A DNA stretch of 64,000 nucleotides from Azolla caroliniana (taxonomy: Eukaryota > Plantae > Polypodiophyta): contig JBHGNT010000003.1 of NCBI GenBank assembly GCA_043228905.1, positions 744,001 through 808,000 on the forward strand. The letters run 5' to 3'. The position numbers and the translations under genes are program-made. Positions 1 to 9,742 of this stretch are shown here, one piece after another. The notes beneath the pieces are model-generated. The model was not told the DNA's origin. It saw only the letters and a list, made by a program, of their open reading frames with translations, and ran no database searches. How positions within the stretch are numbered: the stretch's first letter is position 1; each line of letters begins with the position of its first letter.

Positions 1-2493
1 AGGACCAAGTACGCAAGGGATTCATAAAGAACCCAAGATCGACCTTCCTATGAAATTTGATGGAACGCAATCACAATTTAGAGGATTCCTTAATAAGGTA
101 CTATTAGTCATTCAAATGCATCCTTCTCGATATCCCACCGATGCATCACAAGTGGGTCTAGTAGGCATGTTGCTAAGTGACTCAGCTTTGGCATGGTTCG
201 CTCTGTTGTTAGAAAAGGAATCTCCATTACTAAATAATTTTGAGGAGTTTATAAGCGAGTTTAAAGCTTGTTTTGGAGATACTGATAGGATAGCATAAGG
301 ACGACAATCAACAAAATCCGACGATTACATCAAGGTAATCACCCAACCTCCGCATACGTTATAGATTTCTGTCTACTTGCCTCCGATATCCCCTGGGATG
401 ATCAAGCATTAATGGAACAATTTCGATACGGCCGACGAAATTATGTCAAAGACCTACTCCTGACTTTCCCTGAAGAACCAAAATCGCTCACAGAGGCAAT
501 CAATTGAGCGGTAAGATGCAATAATCGGCTTTTCGAGTGACATTCAGAATGCCAATTACAAATGCCAAGGACCAGGTTGGAGCCCACATACACCTCGGTC
601 GCAACAAAACCATTTGCAAGGGAGTCATACAATGCATCTCTGGCAAATACTCCAATAGAAATTTTTGATACTTCTAATAGTACTAATAGCCCAAATCTAT
701 TAAACAAATTTGAAGTCCTTAGTCAATTAGAAGAAGAGTTAAACGACTAAGTTCATCCAAAATTGGAGCCGTTTGGTTGGACAACCCTAGATCTATGCAA
801 CCCATTAGTGGTTCCATTCCCTCTAAGCAAGTTAACAATGTGTTCTTAGCTCAAGTAATGGTTAATACTAAAAGTACTCCTCCAATACATGACTTGGCAC
901 TCTTAGATTCCGGTGCCAACTCTTGCTTCATGGATAGGAATTTTGCCTAAGCTCATCAGATATCCCTAAGAAAACTTTCTTGCCCAACATTTGTAGTAGT
1001 TATTGATGGTCGTCCCATTGCTTCCGAAAATATCGTAGAAGAGTCAGAGCCGATTCAGGGTGTCCTAGATAATTTGGTGTGTGTAGTATCATTTAATATA
1101 ATTAATAATCCAGATCATCCAATTGTCTTGGGGTTACCATGGTTCGAATTACATAACCTAGACATAGATTGGAGAACAAGAGAAATCCGGTATCGACAAA
1201 CCCAAGAACCTACTCATAGGATTGCAACCATTTTGCTACATCAATTGCGTGAGGAAGGATGCAAGGAAGCAATGTTTGTCTTCGTAGTATCAGTAAAAAC
1301 TTCCAACACTACTAAAGAGTAATCCACAGTTCAGCTTCCAAAGAAGTATCGTCATTATGCTGACGTGTTCGATAAGGTACAAGCCAGTACACGCTTCCTC
1401 ACCACCAACCGTATGATTGTCCCATTGATTTACAATCAGGAAAAGAACCACCATGGGGACCAATCTACAACTTGTCACCAACCGAGCTAGAAGTCCTTTG
1501 AGCCTACATAGAGGAGAATTTGGCAAACGGTTCCTTTCGACATTCGAAATCTCCAGCCGGCGCACCCATTTTCTTTGTCAAGCAAAAGGATGGATCACTT
1601 TGTCTCGTTGTAAATTATCGTGGCTTGAATAAGGTCATTATTAGGAATAAGTATGCACTTCCCCTTATCTCGATTCTTTTAGAACAGATCAATGGTGCAA
1701 AATTCTTCACAAAGATCGACTTACGAGGAGCATATAACCTCATACGGATTCGACCAGGAGATGAATGGAAGACCGCATTTCGCACCAGATATGGGCACTT
1801 CGAGTATACGGTTATGCCATTCGGTCTCACTAATGTGCCATTAGTCTTCCAACACATGGCAAATGATATATTCTGAGATCTCTTGGATATTTGTTTGATC
1901 ATCTATTTGGATGATCTACTGGTTTATTCGAAGACTCAAGAAGAACATGATTCTCATGTAGTATTAGTACTAAAACGACTTTGAGAACATGGTCTTTATG
2001 TAAAACTAGAAAAATGTAGTTTCGAGTGCAACCAGGTGGAATTTCTAGGCTATGTCATCTCCTCGAAAGGCATCTCTATGGATCCAGCTAAGGTCACAAC
2101 AACGGTAGAGTGGCAGACTCCATGTTCGTTGTGAGATGTGCAATGCTTTTTAAGGTTCGACAATTTCTACCGCAAGTTTATACAGGTTACTCAAAGCTTA
2201 TTCTACCTCTCACACAACTTACCAAGAAGGGGCAATCATTTGTTTGTTCTAAAGAAGCAGACATGGCTTTTGTGAGTCTTAAGAAAGCATTTACATCAGC
2301 TTCTATTCTAGCTCATGTTGATTTGAAAAAACCGTTCATCATTGAGGCAGACACGCCAGATTTCGCCCTGGGTAGCATTCTGTCACAACAAGGCGATGAT
2401 GAAAAGCTACATCCTATGGCTTTCCACTCACGCAAGTTTGACGCCGCTGAAATCAACTACGAAATACATGACAAGGAGCTATTAGCAATAGTG
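1..2493 (+). mobile_element. Ty3/gypsy chromovirus (Tcn1-like) LTR retrotransposon, degenerate gag-protease-RT-RNase H (5' part)
   Basis: Gag-like KFDGTQSQFRGFL...LLSDSALAWF (50-298); protease LALLDSGANSCFMD (~893-935); RT motifs [13 protein letters not shown]...[23 protein letters not shown] and YLDD (~1905); RNase H FIIEADTPDFALGSILSQ...YEIHDKELLAIV. Many stops and frameshifts. Homology ends abruptly near 2493. Confidence 0.95.
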
Positions 2494-2789
2494 CCCTCTT
2501 TTACACAATCATTGTTTTAAGTATAAAAGGTAATATTGCAATCCTTAATGTCATCATCTATAAATTAGTGCTCATTAACATCCATAAATTCACAACTCAA
2601 GAAATCTAGACAATATTCATAAACAATTTTGATAAATCCACAACTCCTAAAATGTAGACGATATTCATAAATTGTCAAACTTTAGATGTGAACATTAATA
2701 TATCAATTTGAACATAACACATAGTTATCAAGGTATCTATAATGTTATAATCATCTTCCTTATAAGAATTCCCCTTCAAAATTTGTGAA

Positions 2790-3365
2790 GTAAATGGCAT
2801 TTGCAAAGTTCAATTACCATCAACACAATTATTAATGGTTTTCTTCTAATAAATGAAGCACATATTTACCATAAGGTATCTTGTTGTGCAACATACATCT
2901 TTAAAAACCTCTTTTATTTGAAAAACAACAAGAGTTTTAAACATGAACACGATGTGTTGTATTGAATTGATGTAAAAAATAGAGTTTTCATCATAACTCT
3001 ATACAATATATTAAATTCATGTTCAAAGTTTTTTTACCGGATTTAAATAATAATAATAATAATAAATTAAGCTTGAGTTCATTGAAAAACCAGATTTTTC
3101 ATCACAATTCAATACAATGTATCGAGTTCATGTTTAAAGTAATTTTTTCTAATTTAAAAAAAAAACATTTTCAATTTGTTTCAATTTTTTTTATTTTTTT
3201 TCAAATTTTTTTTGTTTCTTTTTGTTTCTTTTAATTTCTTTTATTTTTTTTATTTTTTTTATTTTTTATGGAAAAAATAATAATTTTAAACATGAACTTG
3301 ATACATTGTATCGACTTGTGATAAAAACTCAGGTTTTTTCATCACTTATCAAAGCTCAAAAACAA
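2790..3365. repeat. Left arm of a long diverged inverted repeat (partner 8335-8890)
   Basis: 2790 gtaaatggcatttgcaaagttcaattaccatcaacacaa is the near-perfect reverse complement of 8851-8889. Reverse-complement similarity continues for about 570 bp. Confidence 0.88.
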
Positions 3366-3519
3366 AATTCTAAGACAGAGACGAAATTAGTACTAAGAGA
3401 GAAATATTAGTACTAAGAAGAATTTAAGGTGTAGAACACTTGAGAAAAGAAGAGAGAGAGAGAGTGAGAGAGAGAGAGGGACTGAGAGGGAATGATGATG
3501 ACATGAGTTAATCTACGAC

Positions 3520-5294
3520 GTATCGAGTTCATGTTGAAAGTGTTATTTCCGATTTATTTTTGTAAAATAATTACATTTTTTCCTATTTTATTTTGGTATT
3601 TTGTTTTTTTCTCTAAAAAGCTTTGAGCTTTAATAAGTGAGGAAAATAATATTTTATGTATTACAATGTATCGTCTAATGGTCAAGAGCTTGACCCATGT
3701 AGTAGAATGTCATGGGTTCAAGTCCTACATATCACGACATGAACGAAGTTAACTTTTTTACATGAACTCGATACGCCTTTTCAACATGAACTCGATACGG
3801 CGTATCGAGTTCATGTTTAAAGTCTAACTTTTTTACATGAACTCGATACGGCGTATCGAGTTCATGTTTAAAGTTTTATTTCCGATTTATTTTTTTAAAT
3901 AATTACATTTTTCCTATTTTATTTTGGTATTTTGTTTTTTTTTCTAAAAAACTTTAAGATTTAATAAGTGATGAAAATAATATTTTATGTATTACAATGT
4001 ATGGTCTAATGGTTAAGAGCTCCACCCATGTAGCACAAGGTCAAGGGTTCAAGTCCTAGCATATCATATCATCAACTAAGCTAACATTTTTACATGAACT
4101 CGATACCCCTTTTCAACATGAATACATGAACTCGATACGGCGTATCGAGTTCATGTTTAAAGTTTTATTTCGGATTATTTTTTTTAAATAATTACATTTT
4201 TTCCTATTTTATTATGGTGTTTTGTTTGTTTTCTAAAAACAAATTAAGCTTTAATAAGTGATAAAAATAATAGTTTATGTATTACAATGTATGGTCTAAT
4301 GGTCAAGAGCCCCACCCATGTAGCAGAAGGTCATGGGTTCGAGTCTTACTATATCATGTCATGAACTAAGATAACCTTTTTACATGAACTCGATACCCCT
4401 TTTAAACATGAACTTGATACGCCGTATCGAGTTCATGTTTAAAGTTTTATTTCAGATTTTTTTTTAAAAATAATTACATTTTTTCCTATTTTATTATGGT
4501 GTTTTGTTTTTTTTCTAAAAATAAATTAAGCTTTAATAAGTGATAAAAATAATAATATATGTATTATAATGCATGGTCTAATGGTCAAGAGCTCCACCCA
4601 TGTAGCAGAAGGTCATGGGTTCGAGTCCTACCATATCATGACATATAAAAAAGTTAGCTTTTTTACAAGAACTCGATACTAACTTTTTTACATGAACCCG
4701 ATACGGCGTATCAAGTTCATGTTGAAAAGCTAACTTTTTTATATGAACCCGACACGGTGTATCGAGTTCATGTTTAAAGTTATTTCGGATTTTTTTTTAA
4801 AATAATTACATTTTTTCCTATTTTATTATGGTGTTTTGTTTTTTTTCTAAAACAAAATTAAGCTTTAATAAGTGATAAAAATAATAATATATGTATTATA
4901 ATGCATGGTCTAATGGTCAAGAGCTCCACCCATGTAGCAGAAGGTCATGGGTTCGAGTCCTACCATATCCTGACATATAAAAAAGTTAGCTTTTTTACAA
5001 GAACTCGATACTAACTTTTTTACATGAACCCGATACGGCGTATCAAGTTCATGTTGAAAAGCTAACTTTTTTATATGAACCCGACACGGTGTATCGAGTT
5101 CATGTTTAAAGTTTTATTTCGGATTTTTTTTTTAAATAATTACATTTTTTCCTATTTTATTATGGTGTTTTGTTTTTTTTCTAAAACAAAATTAAGCTTT
5201 AAGAAGTGATAAAAATAATATTTTATGTATTACAATGTATGGTTTAATGGTCAAGAGCTTGACCCATGTAACATAAGGTCATGGGTTCGAGTCC
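3520..5294 (+). repeat. Tandem array of six ~280-335 bp units, each with a tRNA-like A-box/B-box cassette, a downstream oligo-T run and a palindrome
   Basis: A-box TGGTCTAATGG-like at 3671, 4002, 4292, 4574, 4906, 5240. B-box GGTTCRAGTCC-like at 3715, 4046, 4336, 4618, 4950, 5284. Palindrome aacatgaactcgatacg-g-cgtatcgagttcatgtt, e.g. 3783-3817. Confidence 0.92.
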
Positions 5295-5321
5295 TCACGG
5301 TCTAGAACTCACAATTCTTTG

Positions 5322-5369
<48 letters not shown>

Positions 5370-5954
5370 ATTCTCACTCTTAATCTCACATTCACCCACC
5401 GATTGTATACCGTTCGCACTCCTTGTATTGACCTCACGGTCTAGAACTCACAATTCGTAGTAATTTCTATGGAGGACCAATCCACAGAGACGTGAACCCA
5501 CGATGGCATATGATCGACGCCCTTCGAGTATCCACTTCATGTCGAGTTCCCTCATTTCAAGTGGAAGGCATTTGCAACGGCATCATCGGCATCCCAACAT
5601 GCCTTCAACATATTATCTCTCACTTCCTTACATCTTTTCATTGTAAGCATGGGACTACATTCGGTAGCCATGCATTCCCTTTTGTCTCTTTTAGTATGTG
5701 TGCATATGGACTACTTTCAATAGTTGGCATTTTGCATAATCTTAGTATTTCCTTTCCTTTCCAATGCACGGGATTACATTGTAGCCGGCATTTGTATTCA
5801 ACATATGTTCTACCCTTCCGTTGTAACCAATATACCTTGCATCACTCTCCCTCCCACTCACTTTCTCTTGCATGATATCCTTCCCCCATAGTCTCTCTCT
5901 ATATTAACTTTACCCCTCTTTTATCTTTACCTAATTCTCAACATACCCTTACCT

Positions 5955-6420
5955 ATTTTCAACTCTACCCCTTCCCTAACTTTTCGATATTTCCACTATA
6001 CCCTCCCCCTTACTTTTCCTTATCTTTAACTCTACCCCTCCCCTAACTTTTCCATATTTTCACTATACCCTCCCCCTTACTTTCCCTTATCTTTAACTCT
6101 ACCCCTTCCCAAACCTTTCCATATAATTTTTCACTATATCCTCCCCCTTATTTTTCCTTATCTTTAACTCTACCCCTTCCCAAACTTTTCAATATTTTCA
6201 CTATACCCTCCCTCCCCCTTACTTTTCCTTATCTTTAACTCTACCCCTTCCCTAACTTTTCCATATTTTCACTATACCCTCCCCCTTACTTTTCCTTATC
6301 TTTAACTCTACCCCTTCCCTAACTTTTCAATATTTTCACTATACCCTCCCCTTACTTTTCCTTATCTTTAACTCTACCCCTCACATTTTAACTTTTAGCA
6401 TCCTCCCCTAATTCAGTTTT
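5955..6420. repeat. C-rich minisatellite, ~66-71 bp unit, about 6-7 copies
   Basis: Unit tttaactctaccccttccctaacttttccatattttcactataccctcccccttacttttccttatc recurs at ~6024, 6092, 6163, 6233, 6301, 6367. Confidence 0.9.
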
Positions 6421-7143
6421 CTCCTATTTTCCAATTCTACCCCTCACCTCTTAATTTTTAGCCTCTTCACCTCATTCTCCTTTTTCCTATTTTCTAATCC
6501 TACCCCTCCCCTCACCTTTTATTGTTTCCAAATTTTATTTTATTTTATTTTTTCTAACCATCACCTCCCCCTTATTTTTCCTAATTTGATCTTCTACCCC
6601 TCCCGTTACTTTTTCATTGCCACTCTAACATTACCCCTACCTTTCCCTAACTCACGCCAAGTATAGGAAACGATTTGGGTGCGCTTGAATCGTTCTTGGT
6701 GATCTTTTCACTTCATTCCCACTTTGTCAATTTACTCTACCCCTGTCTCGTTCACTAATTTCAATCTACCCCTTTCCCCCTTCCTTTTTTCCAGAATTAC
6801 ATTCATACCCCTCCCTCTTTTAGTAAATTTCTCGTACCCCTCCCCCTTTCATTTTTCTTAATCTCACTCTACCCTTTCCTTCTCCACTTTAATTTCCAAT
6901 ATACCCTCCAATTCTTCCTACCCCCCTCCTTTTTTCAAAGATCTCCATACATTCTAACGTACTTCACCATCCCTAACTCCCACCTCACACACTTCTCTCT
7001 TACCCTTCCTCTCTCTTTCTCTCTCACACTCCCCTACATGTTTTTCAAATAACCCCAAAAAATCTTCTATCCCACACCAAATATATCAAACCCCATATCT
7101 CCTACATCATCAAATTTGAACACACACACACACACACACACTA

Positions 7144-7199
<56 letters not shown>

Positions 7200-7232
7200 G
7201 CACACACACACACACACACATCCTTATCTTCC

Positions 7233-7241
7233 CTATATAAA
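7233..7241 (+). promoter_or_regulatory. TATA box immediately upstream of hammerhead 1
   Basis: ctatataaa consensus, downstream of (CA)n(CT)n(CA)n and ~15 nt before helix I of the ribozyme. Confidence 0.5.
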
Positions 7242-7255
7242 CCCCTCCAATTCTA

Positions 7256-7314
7256 AATGGTCTTGTGCACTGATGAGCTCCGTAGGAGCGAAACTAGTTG
7301 CCACATCGACCATT
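7256..7314 (+). ncRNA. Minimal type I hammerhead ribozyme (copy 1, one-nucleotide irregularity at the cleavage junction)
   Basis: CUGAUGA (7270-7276), helix II gcucc-gua-ggagc, GAAA (7290-7293), palindromic ACUAGU helix III, helix I aaugguc..ugugca / ugc-c-aca..gaccauu. Confidence 0.82.
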
Positions 7315-7388
7315 TCTTTGTATTACTTTTTAAGTTTCTTAATATGAATTAGTCTTTAGTCTATTTCTCTCTCTCTAAACTTTGTACA

Positions 7389-7432
<44 letters not shown>

Positions 7433-7523
7433 ATTCTCACTCTTAATCTCACATTCACCCACCAATTGTATACCGTTCGCACTCCTTGTATTGACCTCAC
7501 GGTCTAGAACTCACAATTCTTTG

Positions 7524-7607
<84 letters not shown>

Positions 7608-7691
7608 ATTCTCACTCTTAATCTCACATTCACCCACCGATTGTATACCGTTCGCACTCCTTGTATTGACCTCACGGTCTAGAACTCACAA

Positions 7692-7744
7692 TTGGTAGCA
7701 CTGATGAGCCCCGTAGGGGGCGAAACTAGTTTGCTCATGACCAT
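7692..7744 (+). ncRNA. Minimal type I hammerhead ribozyme (copy 2)
   Basis: Helix I uggu-agca / ugcu-caug-acca, CUGAUGA (7701-7707), helix II gcccc-guag-ggggc, GAAA (7722-7725), palindromic ACUAGU, cleavage triplet GUU (7729-7731). Confidence 0.9.
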
Positions 7745-8034
7745 TACCCATCGTATTGTAATTGTTTCCTTTTTCTTAATGAAAATTAGTCTCCTTCTTA
7801 ATCTCTCCCTCTTTCTAATCTAGACTATTTAGCTTATGGTTATGTTTTACCTTGTTTCTAATTTTAATGTTAGTGATTAATCCCTCGTCTCTCTCTCTCT
7901 CTCTCCCTCCCCTTCCTCTATCTCTTATTATGCCTCACTTACACCAAGTTTGTCAAATGATTTGGGTGTGCTCAAATTATTCTTGGTGTTTCTTTTCACT
8001 TTATCCCCTCTTGCACTTAATCGTAAACCCTTTT

Positions 8035-8145
8035 ACCCTCTAAACCCTAAGCCCAAAACAAACACTAAACCCTAATTCTTAAACCCTAACCCTAAACCTA
8101 AACCTAAACCAAAACTCAAACCCTAATTCCTAAACCCTAAACCTT
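8035..8145. repeat. Degenerate interstitial plant telomere-like repeats (CCCTAAA/CCTAAA)
   Basis: taaaccctaa...aaaccctaaccctaaacctaaacctaaacc...cctaaaccctaaacc. Confidence 0.8.
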
Positions 8146-8334
8146 TTTTCTCTATAACTCTACATCTTATATATTGCACCCACCGATTGCCTACCGTCCG
8201 CACTCCTTGTTTCGACTTCACGGTCCAATTGAAAAGTTTAATTTTGGATTTTTTTTTAAAAATAATTACATTTTTTTCTATTTTATTTTGGTACTTTGTT
8301 TTTTTTTCTAAAACAAAATTGAGCTTTAATAAGT

Positions 8335-8890
8335 GATGAAAAAACCAGAGCTTTTATCACAAGTTGATACAATGTATCAAATTGATGTTTAAAAAATAAA
8401 ACAAAATCAATAAAAAACTATAAAAAATTGAAAAAAATTGAAACAAAATTGAAAACAATTAGAAAAAATTACTTTAAGCATGAACTCAATACATTATATC
8501 GAATTGTGATGAAAATTATGGTTTTCTAGATGAACTCAAGCACAATTTATTTTTTTATTTTTTTTTAAATCTAGTAAAAAAAACTTTGAGCAAGAATTCA
8601 ATACATTGTATGGAATTATGATGAAAACTCTATTTTTTACATCAACTCGATATAACATATCGACTTAATGTTTAAAATCTTGTTGTTTTTCAGATAAAAG
8701 AGGTTTTTTAAACATGAACTTGAATCGTACTAAAATCTTTGTTTTTACAAGAGAAAAAGATGCATATCGATAGTGCAAACAAGTATGCTGTACAATAAGA
8801 TACTTTATGGTAAACATGTGCATCATTGATTAACAAAAAACTATTAATAATTGTGTTGATGGTAATTGAACCTTGCAAATGCCATTTACA
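8335..8890. repeat. Right arm of the long inverted repeat (partner 2790-3365)
   Basis: Reverse complement of the left arm, e.g. gatgaaaactctattttttacatcaa (8620-8645) versus ttgatgtaaaaaatagagttttcatc (2967-2992). Confidence 0.88.
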
Positions 8891-9742
8891 CGGTCCATAA
8901 AGTGTTCGTGTGGTTCTCAATCACTACTTAATGTTGATCTTTATAGTTGGAACGAATGATGACAACACAAGCATAACTCAGGTGACAAGGAAACTTGCAA
9001 GAAGTCAAGGTGGGGATATTAATAGCTACACATGTAGATGGCCATGACCTAGGGTACCAATTCTGCATTGGTAAAGTTTTGGACGTGATGATGCATAAAA
9101 CCTTTGTAATACATCTATCATTGACATTAATGAGGTGGATATCATTATGTATGACTTTACACAAATAAAAGTTGGATGTATAAGGACAACAACGATATGC
9201 ATAATAAAAGAGATATTAGCAAGTCTAGAAGATATCTCAGATTGAAGACGAAGAAGATTTATTGCACAAAATTTGGAGATACCATTTGGTGAAGACAATG
9301 ATTTGATTGGTACATTAGAAGATGAGGAGGAAGAGTCACAATTGTATATTATCTATAGTAGTGATTCTCATGAAAAGAATGATGATAGTCATGCAGATAA
9401 CTCCCAAATGTATTTGTTGTGCAACTATATGTAACAAATTTAGACAACATTTTATCGAATGGAATAAAAACGTTCATTGTTTTGAAATATTCTACTTTGA
9501 TTTCTTTAAGATCTAAAAACTTATTAGTTGTCATTTTTCTTTAAAAATCCACAAAGTTACTTTTCATATTTTACCCAAATTTGGCATTTTTCAATTTTAC
9601 CAAATGGTGAAAATTTCAACTTTTTCATCAAGTTTTGGAGAACATGTGATACTAGTATCAAGATGTTTTGTGAAATGGCAAAAAAAACCCCAAAATCAAA
9701 CAGAATATTCCTTATCCTTCCACTTGTGAACGCAAACGTGTT

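Larger units (their letters stand above)
5293..8228 (+). mobile_element. Putative non-autonomous hammerhead-ribozyme retroelement (Penelope-like pLTR or retrozyme-like), apparently tandem diverged copies
   Basis: Begins and ends in the same (c/t)tcacggtc word. Contains a ~90 bp unit (ataattctcactcttaatctcacattcacccaccgattgtataccgttcgcactccttgtattgacctcacggtctagaactcacaatt) at ~5367, ~7430 and ~7605, each after (CT)n, plus a diverged copy at ~8153. Holds two hammerhead cores. The host array sequence resumes at ~8240. The family assignment is inference. Confidence 0.6.

Noticed and set aside
3740-5110. CRISPR-like array of palindromic repeats
   Set aside because: Intervening sequences are themselves repeated rather than unique spacers; eukaryotic context with no cas genes.
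3660-5300. tRNA gene cluster
   Set aside because: A and B boxes are present, but I could not build a consistent acceptor stem or anticodon arm; treated as tRNA-like cassettes.
5492-5875. 127 aa ORF as a host gene
   Set aside because: GTG start, no recognisable domain in that frame, inside a repeat element.
7491-7682. Ser/Leu-repeat ORFs (also 41570-41893 and 54344-54563)
   Set aside because: Translations of (CT)n microsatellites or 24 bp repeats.
8035-8145. True telomere or chromosome fusion site
   Set aside because: Short, degenerate, single orientation and embedded in a nested element.
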